Source: Mytilus trossulus (taxonomy: Eukaryota). Taken from it: a stretch of DNA of 64,000 nt. The DNA is taken from the NCBI RefSeq assembly GCF_036588685.1, contig NC_086378.1:66278001-66342000 (forward strand), in the 5' to 3' direction. Positions within the stretch are counted from its first letter, which is position 1, and each line of letters opens with the position of its first letter. The notes below the pieces were generated by a model. That model was not told the origin of the DNA and searched no databases. It saw only the letters and a list, made by a program, of their open reading frames with translations. Positions 11,256 to 22,709 of the stretch are shown in pieces. The translations under genes and the position numbers were made by a program.

Positions 11256-12924
11256 AGATGTGAGAGCCAAAACCAGTTTTCATGTAAATTAATGAATAAA
11301 TAATTTAAACATGTTAAAATCGTCTTTTAATTTTTGAATACCTTAACAAAAGAAGAAATGCATTGTATCTTAGTCTATTAGTACGAAGAAGAACGTATTA
11401 CTTCCACTGAAACATTATCACAAGTCACTGTATGCATTTTAACAATGCAGCGCAAAAAACCTCACAAAGTATAAAAGGCATACAAATATATACAGAGATG
11501 ATATGGTGGGCCTGTTTCGTTATCTGCTATGATAACAGATAAGTTTAATTCTAGGAGCCACAGTTTTGTCCTCTGTCGCTCAATTGTGACATTAATGAAT
11601 TTGACCTTTGAAGATCAATATTTCGGGTGCCATATGTGGAGAATAATTTTCGAACTCTTCCAGAGCACCAATTGAGATTACCAAAGTTTTTAATGGGGTT
11701 CGTCTTGCTAAGTATTCAGTTTTTTTATGTTGTAATTATATTCTTGCCATGGCTTGGTCATTCTGTTTTCAACTTATGAGTTTAAATGTTCCTTTTTTAT
11801 TTTTTTCTGCTCCTTTTTAAATGTTGCAAACTCTTAATCCATACTCGAACTACCAAAATCAGCAAGCAAAATAAAGATAGTCATACCAATCGTCCCACAC
11901 ATGTGTTACATATTTGCTAATGGGCGTTAATCAACCTAGCATTCCAAGATATGCCAAATTTATCCAAACATTAAACATTTCACTTGTGAAGACTAACAGC
12001 ATTATTAATAACAAAATGATTTACAAAAAACAACTATGGCTGATATGAAATAACGGCAACCATTGACCAACAGGCTCCCTACTTGTACCTGGCACATAAA
12101 AGAATGAATCAGGGTTGGACAGGTTTGTGATCGATTCACCATCCTCTAACCTGGGGCAGTGGTGTTACATCAAAACATAATAAAGAACAAACTATTTAAC
12201 TTAATCTAAGAGGGCTTAAGGTATATTAACGTACGTCCAGTGGCAAATATGTTCAATACACCATTTTTTACATTTGAAAATCACTGTACCAAGTCAGGAA
12301 TAAGACAGTTGTTGTCCATTCGTTTGATGTGTTTTATCGTTTGATTTTGTCATTTGCATTGATTAGGGACTTTCCGTTTTGAATTTTCCTCGGAGTTCAA
12401 TACTTTTGTTATTAGATCGATACAAAGCAGAAAAAACATCACAATAACCAAACCGGACGTGGCATGATATTTATACATACCCAACACAGGCACTTGTCTC
12501 AGAATTTTTTTCCTATATACCTTATTAAATGTGTTATAATAAGGTATATAGGAATTTTTTTTCTGAGACAAGTGCCTGTGATACCCAACAACAAACAAAA
12601 CACAAAGTACAGATCTAAGAGTATATACAGTTACTGACAGCTAGTTCAAAGCCTATAACGACTTATAAAAAAATCTTATAAAAGTATCAATCAGCAAAGT
12701 CCAAACAACCGATAAATTTAGAATAAAGACGTCATTAACATTCAGAGCAAAACACGACCTTATGCAATACCAAATTAAATGGTATCAACAGATTGTAGTA
12801 CCGTTGAGAATACTTTGTATTTGGATTTTTTTATATGTATATTGTAAACGATGAGAAGTTGTTATAAAACTTCCGGCAATTGTGTTGTTCAGAAGCATAT
12901 ATATTCTAAGTACAAGTGCGTTAA

Positions 12925-13531
12925 GGGCATAAGAAACAGTTACAGGGGATATAATGACGTTGCTACCGTAAAATGTTATTTTCGCGACGTCTGGAAAAAG
13001 ATGCATTTTTCGACTGATTTTTATCATTCTAACTGATTTAAATTGGAAACGAGTGCATGGACCCCTATTTTTTAAACGCTAAATTTTGTTTCATTATGCA
13101 AGGAGATTATGTGGACCAAATTTTATAAGACTGTAAATAGTGCAATTTTTAAAATTTTGATGAATCTACAGCAAAAAATTACGTTTTTTTTCTCAATTCA
13201 TGACCATTTGATAAATATGATATTTCTGAACAAAAAATGAATAAATTTTTAGGATACGTCAGATAAAATACAGAAATTACAAATTATTTTACAAAACACA
13301 ATTTGTGTTTATCTTTTAAAACAAAAAAAAGGTTATGTCTTTCTTTCGAAAGGGAAAAAAGATAACAAATCCGAATTGTGAGCAAATATACAAAATTTCG
13401 ACCTCATTTAACTAAAAAAGAAGCACATGAAGGTATATTTTTTATTACATAATTAATTTAATCGAGCAAAAAATAGCTATATTGAAATTGTCATAAAACT
13501 TTAAATACGGGATCAAAACTATAGTATGCCC
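12925..13531. mobile_element. Non-autonomous DNA transposon with TTAA target duplication (Kolobok-like MITE)
   Basis: TTAA|GGGCATA...TATGCCC|TTAA (TSDs 12921-12924 and 13532-13535); no ORF. Confidence 0.65.
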
Positions 13532-13769
13532 TTAATTGATTCCTTCACCAAATTTTTGGGCCGGAAATATATAGGTTGTTGGTGTAAAAAAGTGCAAATA
13601 TTATATAAACAATCTATATATTGAGTTGATTTTCATCCTCAATTTACAGAACTGGTCCAATCCAATAAGTTATGATAATGCTATAAGATATAACTTAATA
13701 ATGTGGAGAACATTCCAGGGACCGAATTTTCGGCGCTCCCTAAACACCATGTGCGAGTGTGGTCTTGAG

Positions 13770-13980
13770 AAACGATGATAGTCCTTCGGAAGGAGACAAT
13801 AAATGGCTTACCCGTGTTGAGAGAGAGCCATATCTCTTTCATGTAATAAAAGACACCCTTGTAAATTTCGAAATAGAGAATACTAATTCCGCTTCAAGGC
13901 AGAACTAGCACCCACAAAGTGGAAAGGGATTGATTAAGTTGCAATAACTTGTTTCATAATCCACTATAAATAAATGTTTT
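13770..13980 (+). mobile_element. SINE fragment resembling the Deu/Nin central domain
   Basis: CCTTCGGAAGGAGACAATAAA..CCCGTGT..TAAAAGACACCC..TTCGAAATAGAG resembles the Deu/Nin-SINE core as I recall it. AT-rich 3' end. Confidence 0.45.
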
Positions 13981-16004
13981 TAAAATAAACTGATAGACTT
14001 CAACTTTATGATGGACATATGAAACACTATATCTCTTCCCTGACTTTGTTTGACATGAGATATAAAAATCTTAAAGTAAACAAATATCAAATTATTCCTA
14101 TCAGTAAAGGTTGAGGAATCATAGACATAATGTTTTCATGTCTATTCGGTTTTGGTGAAATTTAAAAAGTATCAACAAACAGTCATAAAAATACGAATAT
14201 ATGTAGCTGTGTATGATATTCAAACATGAATTCTTATTACAAAATAGGAAATTAAGCATGTCTGTTAAACATTTGAAGACATTAACCTTAACTTTACCAT
14301 GGAGAACAAATAGTGAACTAAATGTTAACAATAGACCTTAACAAAGAAATTCTATTATAAAACACTATCATTCGAATAGTTAAGCAACTAGGGGGTGCCC
14401 CATTTGGAGGTGCAGATGGAGTGTTCCTACATAAATATGGAAAGCTTACAATTGGAAATTTGAAATCATTTTGTTTATGGCATATTATTTTAATTGAATG
14501 GAACAAGAAGTATGACAAGAAAAGAAATAAAATATCAGATTCCTCTTTAATAACAATATTTGAATATAGTTCATGCAAAAGGCGATTTTCTAATATTTGG
14601 AAAAGTTGAATAATTTATCTGAAAATTTAATTGTGTATCATGTAAAAAGTCATCTTGTTTTTCCCCGTATTAAATTTTTATTATCTGCCAAATTAAAAGT
14701 TCTATCTTTTTTGTTTATTATTCTTGCTGATTTGTTTTTCGTCACTGTACTAATATACTTTAAACGACATCTTCCTTTTATGTAACTTGATGTCCACTTT
14801 GAAAAGTACAGATTGTTTCTATTGACCAACAAATGGATTTTTATGATTTCTAAACGCTTGCATGCGTTTTTTTTGGTTTTTTTTTCCCGTATTTCTGTTA
14901 TTTGTACAATATATATATTTTTTTTAAATGTCAAGTGTCATTGACCGCTAAACTTTTTAAAATCAAGGAGACAGACGATTTTCGTTATTTCGCTATACGT
15001 TTTCTTCGAAACTAGTTAAAAAATTAAAGATGAAAACACCCCCGGACCGTCAATTCGTTAAAGAGAATCATGGAGTTATAATGGCCTTATTTCATGTTTA
15101 TTATTTCCACTTTCGATGTAATTTGCCTCAAAACCAAATCTCTGTATCTAAAATTAATACATTAATTTATCAGTGTGAATTTAAGGCTCGATTATTTGAT
15201 TTCCTGTAGGGGCGGGGATGCCAGATCTGGTCTGATAAGAGCTGAGGGTGAGTGACCTTTGCGTAAGACAGGATGAAAATGAACTTATTATCCATATAGA
15301 ATCAAAATTATTAATTGATGACTAGCTCCAAATTACAGAAAATACTAAGGCTTACATATATGCTCGTTTGACAAGAATATAAATAGAGAGAGAGGTTCAA
15401 GGGATGACTCCTAAGTAAGGGAAGCAAGTTAAAAATCGCAAACAGTCTTTTAATTTACGTTGTAAGCAAGTAAAATATAAAAGTATCTTAAAGAAGTTAT
15501 CCGTTGAATCAGCAATCCCTCCCCCTTTTTAAACAGGTAAAATATAGCAAAAAAAAAATATCTTGAGGATGGTAAAAATATATTATCTTATAAACTATTT
15601 CTAAATGTACTAGCTGACATTAACAGAAAAATTCAAAAAAACTTCATGATTGTAAGAAATTAACAATCTGCGACATCACAATATGTTCCCTTATACAAAT
15701 TAAGATATTAATCGACACATCTTTCCTAGCTTCGCATATATGAAATATGTAAAAAGAAAAGTACACCAAGTAGGTTTGGTTTTAAAGAGGCGTGTCTAAA
15801 CGTGTCGAATTCGTCTGTGACGTTTTGCTCTAATGAGATTGTAAAGCCACGTACATGACGTAAAAACACGAGTATATCCGAAGATAAGAGGAGTGAATAT
15901 CAAATAAGACTTATTTCAAAGTATACGCCTCCTCCGCACGTGGTGGAGTTTTCTAACAACATAACTAGAAGTTGCTAGATTCTGATGACTTAAAGTTAAC
16001 AACT

Positions 16005-18799
16005 ATGCATTATATTCTGGTAAGCAATATTTTTCAAGTTACATATGATTTCTATGTTTGTATTCCAAAACAAATAAAGAAACATCGCAAAGATACTGTT
16101 TTTGGCTTTTGAAAATTAAGAAATAATGTGCTTTGTTATTTATTGCGTTCTTTATATAGCTAGATAACTTTGACAACTTGCAGGTTTTTTGTTTCGATTT
16201 TAAGAGTCTTGTGCAATGAAAAAGGGTAACAGGAATTACGGAACCCCAATATACTAATGGACAATACAACATACCACCCTACTTCCCCGACAAAAAAAAA
16301 ACAACCCCCCCTCCCAAAACAACAACAACACGTGGCATTTCAGTTAACACTTCAAGATTAAACAAGAACATTTTTTACAATAAAAAGCATTTTAAGGATC
16401 ACTTTAAAATCGTACAACAAGCAACGCATATTTTAGCGTCTTTTAAAGTGAATATTTGTTTTTGTGTTTTATTAATGTTGACTGCTTTGTTTTAGATTTT
16501 TGTTTGTTTTGCTGAACCTTTTATTTAAGCTGTTGTTAGACAATTTTTAATGAATACTCTTTATTTTTTTTTCAAATTTTTTTTTTACAAAATGTGAAAA
16601 TCTTTTATTTTCTTTACTAGCTTTTAGTGTTGGCGGCTTCATCTTGCTATGCACAAGATGACCAGTGTGACCCAAATGATGGAGATTGTTTTAGAGAGCC
16701 GTTTGCTGGTGTCATGACTGGCGAGGATGACCATTGTCCGTAAGTATTTCACATCAGTTCATATTTTGAAGGGAGAAGGAGGATTTTCAAATTAAATTAT
16801 CTGAATTGCAAATGACAAATAAAAGCAGCTGGATAATAAATACAGAAAACAACTATCGAAAATAGTTGGGCATAAAAGATGAAAAGACAAATTCGTTGTA
16901 GTAATTTGGCTCGTTTGATTGGTGTGGTTTTATGATATTCAGTATACAATATTTACAGAATGCATTTTTTCACTAAACAACAATACGCATGTGATGTATA
17001 AATAACACTTTACTTCGTTAATTATTCCAGGGTTGAAAAAATGCAAGCAACAATAGACAAAGACCCAGAGATAAAGGCTGAAGTCGAGGCTGCGAAACTA
17101 GCGATTGCTCACCTGACAAAACCTCCTGTTTCTCCGTAAGTGAATTTGAAAACTAAATTATATCCAAGTACTGCATGTACATGGCAAAAATCGGCAGGAG
17201 GCGAAGCTCGAGAAGCTGAATATATATTAAATGTTGTAAACAAATACAAATAATGGCTTGGTAGAGAGAATTTAATTCAAGTTCGTATATAAGCTTATCA
17301 ACGTTTGTATTTTTCAATTTCAATTCAATTCAATTTAAAACTTATAATAAATAAAATCAAATACATCGGAAATTTGTAAATCAGTAATATGGTGCCCTTG
17401 ATAGTATGTTTTAAAATATTCCATATATAATAATTTGTATAACGTTGTTTTCTTGTGTATGTTTTGATTTCATATCATCTGTTTAGATGTCGTCTCATTG
17501 GCGTGCACATCACGTCTTCTGGTGCTCATATTATTAAGATATGTTTAGAAATACATTATGAGAGTTCTAAGGAAACAATTCAACACTACTTAAAGTACGT
17601 ATAATGTCTACATCATACATACATGGATTGATAGTTACTTATGTATGTATTTATCGGTGATTTAGTGGGAAAAGGTGAACAACAAACTTAACGGGTGAAA
17701 ATAACCCAGAAATTTTATTTAGTTTTGTGTGCAAATTTCACCAAAATCACAAGTAAAGTATTCACGAAAATGTATAGATTGTTTCGTCCGATTTGTAATT
17801 AAAGTGACTGTCTAAGTTGAACGATGTACAGATAAATAATTACTTCCACTAGTGTCTGTGTATCAGCAGGTAAAAATTACACTAAAATACTTATTTCTTT
17901 TTTAATATAGAGTTGAACTAGGAAGTCCATTGTGTTACAAGAACTATTCAATATTGAAAGTGCCTCCAAAAATATGGATAAAGAAGGGGTATTGTTATTT
18001 CCATTGGTATTATGTGAAAAGCCAAATAACATATGTGAACTGTGGACAGTAAGTTATTTATTTTGTTAATGTTATTCTAATTTTGCTGTTCGTAATTTTA
18101 TTGACATGACACGCACTTCCGTTTTATAGTGTGTTGTTTCCATGCGAATTTATTACAATTTACTGATGCGATAGGAATGATATTGTTATATTTCAAGATC
18201 GGCTGCCAAACACGTGCACAATGAAAATCTGTCAAAAATAATAAAGAAGCATTCGATCCTTATACAAAATTGCAGTTTTGTACTACAAAAATAAAATTAC
18301 GAGTTCAATCTGACTTTTTCCATGCATTAATGTGACGTTGTCTTTGCAAGCATGTGATGCCATGTATGTTGATATTTGTATGTACATGTATAATTTAGTA
18401 ACGTTTCTCAATTCTTAATACGGACTCTTATGAAACATACCATACAGATAATTTTTTAATTGTCGTTTTCAAACAACATAGTCTTTATGCTAGTAAAAAG
18501 AGAAAAAGAAGGGACAGGCATATCAGTTTCCCGGTATATCTCCAAATTAACCATATTATGTTCATCTTTTTTTCAGCAAACAACGCTGCAGCAATTTGCC
18601 ATGTTCTATGCTGTGGTCCCCATCTTTCTGTTATCCTGCCAACTTCTTGTCACTGAAACTATACATGTTTTGTCCACATCTTAAACCGAAATACTGGTAT
18701 CCTTACTACGTCCGCCTTCCTCAGTGTTGTGAATGTAGGAGAACCTATTGTTGGTGGCTGCAAGCGTCACAGAGTCCCAAAGGACCATTTATTCCTTAA
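16005..18799 (+). CDS. Secreted Spaetzle-like cystine-knot protein, type B, copy 1 (199 aa)
   Basis: Exons 16005-16019, 16621-16739, 17031-17135, 17911-18048, 18577-18799; GT-AG, phases 0,2,2,2 as in type A. Protein MHYILLLVLAASSCYA-QDDQCDPNDGDCFREPFAGVMTGEDDHCPVEKMQATIDKDPEIKAEVEAAKLAIAHLTKPPVSPVELGSPLCYKNYSILKVPPKIWIKKGYCYFHWYYVKSQITYVNCGHKQRCSNLPCSMLWSPSFCYPANFLSLKLYMFCPHLKPKYWYPYYVRLPQCCECRRTYCWWLQASQSPKGPFIP*. AATAAA at 18810. Confidence 0.9.
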
Positions 18800-19318
18800 G
18801 AATAGTTGTAATAAAAATGATCGTTTCCTGTAAACGTATTTGTTTATTCTATTAGTCAACTCTTAAGTTATGTGTTGTCTGCAATCATTGGTTTATTCTC
18901 AGTTTTGTTGTTAAGCAACAAAATATTTCATACAGAATTAAAGAAAAGTAAGCGTGGAATCGAGTATCATTTTGCATTGATGCAAATAAAACTACCAATC
19001 AAGGATGTCATCAAAGACAAGAATATGTTTAAAACATTTTTTTTTATATCTTTGTTATTAAATAAGATAGTTAATGCATGAACAGTGGTGACAAATACAC
19101 GTATCCTTCGTAGAATGTATATATTGCACTGGAAATATAAAAATTTACTCGGGTAAATTTTCACCAATATTCCTGCAATATTAACCCCTTTATAATCATA
19201 TACAATAAAAAAGGATCGAAAGTTCGTAATTGCATGTGATCGCTCAAAAAGCCATTATCAATAATATAGTATGTTAGTGCTTATATAATATTTTGGAACA
19301 AAACTATTCTTCACCGAT

Positions 19319-19556
19319 AAATTTCCTGTTTACAAAACTTTGAATTTTTAAAAACTAAGGATTTTCTTATCCCAGGCATAGATTTCCTTAGCCATCTTTG
19401 GCACAACTTTTGATGTTTTGGATCCTCAATGCTCTTCAACTTTGTACTTGTTTGGCTTTATAAATATTTAGATTTGAGCGTCACTTATGAGTCTTATGTA
19501 GACGAAACGCGCGTCTGGCGTACTAAATTATAATCCTGGTACTTTTGATAACTATT
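19319..19556 (+). mobile_element. Penelope-like-element-derived repeat at the left-arm/spacer junction
   Basis: Starts where arm homology stops, contains a minimal hammerhead motif, and ends TAATCCTGGTACTTTTGATAACTATT. Confidence 0.6.
19479..19520 (+). ncRNA. Minimal type-I hammerhead ribozyme motif (core mutated to CUUAUGA)
   Basis: CGTCA-CTTATGA-GTCT tatgt AGAC-GAAA-CGCGCG-TC-TGGCG: stems I and II pair, stem III is palindromic, GUC cleavage triplet. Confidence 0.65.
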
Positions 19557-19984
19557 GAATGCCGTACATTGACCTATAATGGTTTACTTTTTTAAATTGT
19601 TATTTGGATGGAGAGTTGTTTCTATGGCACTCACTCTACATCTTCATATATCTAGATGGCCCGAGAACACAGTTACTAGTATTTCGTAATACATTTCTTT
19701 TAGACAATAAATTCAAATAAATTTAAAGTCGCACCTGCTCTATTTAAAAATGATTTTAACAATGTGGTGTACTATCACTGGGACAAACAATATCAAAATT
19801 ATAGAAACTTCTACCAGCTTTAACCCAAAGTATTGACAATTCTGTGTTTAGGGGGTTTAAATTCAGTTTTACAGCTTCAGACGTAATAAAATTTGACCTT
19901 TTTGAACTGGACAATATCACTACTTAACATGAAGATTCAGCAAACAAATCATGAAAGTAAAGAAGATTACAAGATGCTATAATA

Positions 19985-20395
19985 TAAAAAAGAAGATGTG
20001 GTATGATTGCCAATGAGACAACTATCCACAAAAGACCAAAATGACACAAACATTAACAATTATAGGTCAGCGTACGGCCTTCAACAATGAGCAAAGCCCA
20101 TACCGCATATAGTCAGCTATTAAAAGGCCCCGATAAGACGATGTAAAACAATTCAAACGAGAAAACTAACGGCCTTATTTATGTAAAAAAAATAACGAAA
20201 AACAAATATGTAACACATAAACAAACGCCAACCACTGAATTACGGGCTCCTGACTTGGGACAGGCCTATACATAAATAATGTGGCGGGGTTAAACATGTT
20301 AACGGGATCCCAACCCTCCCCTAACCTGGGACAGTGGTATCACAGTACAACATAAGAACGAACTATAAAAATCAGTTGAAAAAGGCTTAACTCAT
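19985..20395 (+). mobile_element. Interspersed repeat (AAGAAGATGTGGTATGATTGCCAATGAGACAAC family), long copy in spacer
   Basis: Reverse-complement homology to 8378-8644 and 26980-27160, and to variant copies at 19555-19655 and 24500-24790. Confidence 0.75.
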
Positions 20396-22709
20396 AGACC
20401 ATTTGTTGAATCATAAAGACAAAATGCATATATATGAAAGAAATAACAAAACAAAGCAATACTTCAAACACTAAAGATTGAGTAACACGATACCTAACAG
20501 AAACTTGTATTGCTCAAGGTTAAAAAAAGTCTGTTAGAGGTACACTTCTGTCGTCCACAGGTACAAATAAAACAATTTAAATGCAAAAAGAAAAGAAAAC
20601 AGACACTCTTTATAAATAGAGTCATAGGCTTGATATTATTTGTTCATTGATTATTGAGTATTTGGTCCAAAATTTTAAACAGTCAACTCACAAACCAGAA
20701 ACACAATGACAACGACATGACAAAAAAAAGGCCGATGCTAACGAAAAAGGACGAAAAGAACAATAGTTCACACACAGACAAAACATGCAAACTAAACAAT
20801 TAGATACAAGAACTCCTACAAAATCCAGGAGTTGTATAAAGTGCTCGTTTTCAGATCAAGAATGTTTATAACCTTTAAGATGATTTGATAAAAGCAGTTA
20901 GTTGTCATAACGTCTAAGAACCATTGGACTCAAATATTACCTTTTTACAGAAGACTTCTGAAGGAAAAAAACTGCGATGTAAATATTATTGATAAATATT
21001 TAACAAGAGCTTATGCGGCTATGATCTTTAAGGTAGCGAAGCAGCATCGAATGATAGTAAATAGTTGGTGTGTCTCATACCTGGCATCATTTATTTATAC
21101 CAAACGAAAGATGTCTATAGTATCATCTATTTATTGATATAATGTACAAACCAAACCCTTTCATTGTTTATTATGATCTCACGGTTCAACCTCTGTATTC
21201 CTAGTATATAACACCATCCTTATATGTACAATTTCTATCACTCGCAATAGTCAGCGTTTGAACAAAGTTTCATAAGTCTATCTACTACTCAACGCAATCT
21301 ATGATTTTTTATTGACCCTTAAATGACGAAACGGTAAAAATGATAATGTTCTAAATGTGCGTTTGCCCTGTCAGATATTTGATACATTTTTTTATATATA
21401 TTACAAACATGCAAAAATGGATAAATCCTTAGATATTTTATAGCATGAGAGGTATATGATCTTGGTTGATTTGTATTAGAAATACATTTTTGTACGTAGC
21501 TTATTCTGTTCGCAATGAACTACTGTTGTAGCCATGACATTTGACCTATGATAAATTAATCTCGTTTTCACCACAAGATCCAGAACCTACCAGAGAAAGG
21601 GTTTAAAACTGAATATAGCTGAAATACTTGATCAAAAGTTTTCGTATATTTTAAGGTCCTGTTACTTTGACCTTTAATATATTGATCTTTTCAAGAGCAT
21701 CCTTCAGCTAGGTTTGATGAAGTTTGGACATACATGTATTCTCCAAATGATATCACTGGGGAAGCAAATTTTTACATCTTGAAATTACAAAAATTGCTAA
21801 ACATTTAAGTCTTCCAATAGCTGCTGTGACCTTGACCTTATTGACATTAAAAACCCAAAGTTTATCAAGCTATATAAAAGAAATAGGTCAAAAGGATGTA
21901 ATTATTAAGAAAAGCTTAGGGTCAAAATCATTTATAATTCAATTTAACGGCACAAATACCCAAATAAAAAACGATTTAGAGAAACCAATGACGAACCGGG
22001 ATCACAGAGTGAACGATAAGCCGTCCGAATCTAGTTTTTTTTTTAAATCTTTTTTATCTGATGTAATCTTCCTGTAACTAGCAAATTTTATATTTGCCTG
22101 TCAAACGTTTCATTCCTAAATTATTCCGGATAATTGTTATTACAGAAACAATTGTATAACCCAATGAAATCGGTGAAAAATGCTTGTGTTCCAATATATA
22201 AACACTAATATAATGTATTATTAATGTTGACTTTTTGAGAGATTCCATGCAATTACAAACTTTCCTCCTTTTGTATTGTATATGATCACAAAAGGGTTAA
22301 CATTGCATGAATTGCTGAGTATTGGCCCGAGTATTGTTTTATATTTCCAGAGCTGTATATCATGTATTATACGAACTTCAAGGATACATGTATTTGTCAT
22401 CACTATTCATGCAATAACCAATGTATTTATTAATAGCAGAGTTATAAAAAAAGTTTATTAATATTTGATGACATCCTTGATTTGAAACTATATTTGCATC
22501 GCTGCAAAATGATTCGCTATTCCACGCTTAATTATCTTTAATTCTGTATGAAATATGTTGTTGCTATACCATTAAACTAAGAATAAACCGATGATTGTAG
22601 ACAACAAATAACTTACGAGTTGGCTAATCAAACAAACAAACAAATTTTAAGAGACGATCACTTTTATTAGAACTATTCTTTCTTACGGAATAAATGGTCC
22701 TCTGGGACT

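Larger units (their letters stand above)
1..19318 (+). repeat. Left arm of large inverted segmental duplication
   Basis: Satellite, upstream flank, gene A, gene B and 3' flank are mirrored at 22168-41328 (e.g. 5187-5400 vs 36725-36946; 19250-19318 vs 22168-22235). The intergenic stretch ~12700-14900 has no counterpart in the right arm. Confidence 0.93.

Noticed and set aside
9172-18799. Assignment as IL-17, TGF-beta, neurotrophin or a known mussel defensin/myticin/mytilin
   Set aside because: No RSxxPW IL-17 motif, CxGxC motif or furin site. The size and the N-terminal pro-region do not match CS-alpha-beta peptide precursors. The PxCCxC ending and Cys spacing fit Spaetzle-like best. No gene symbol is given because orthology is untested.
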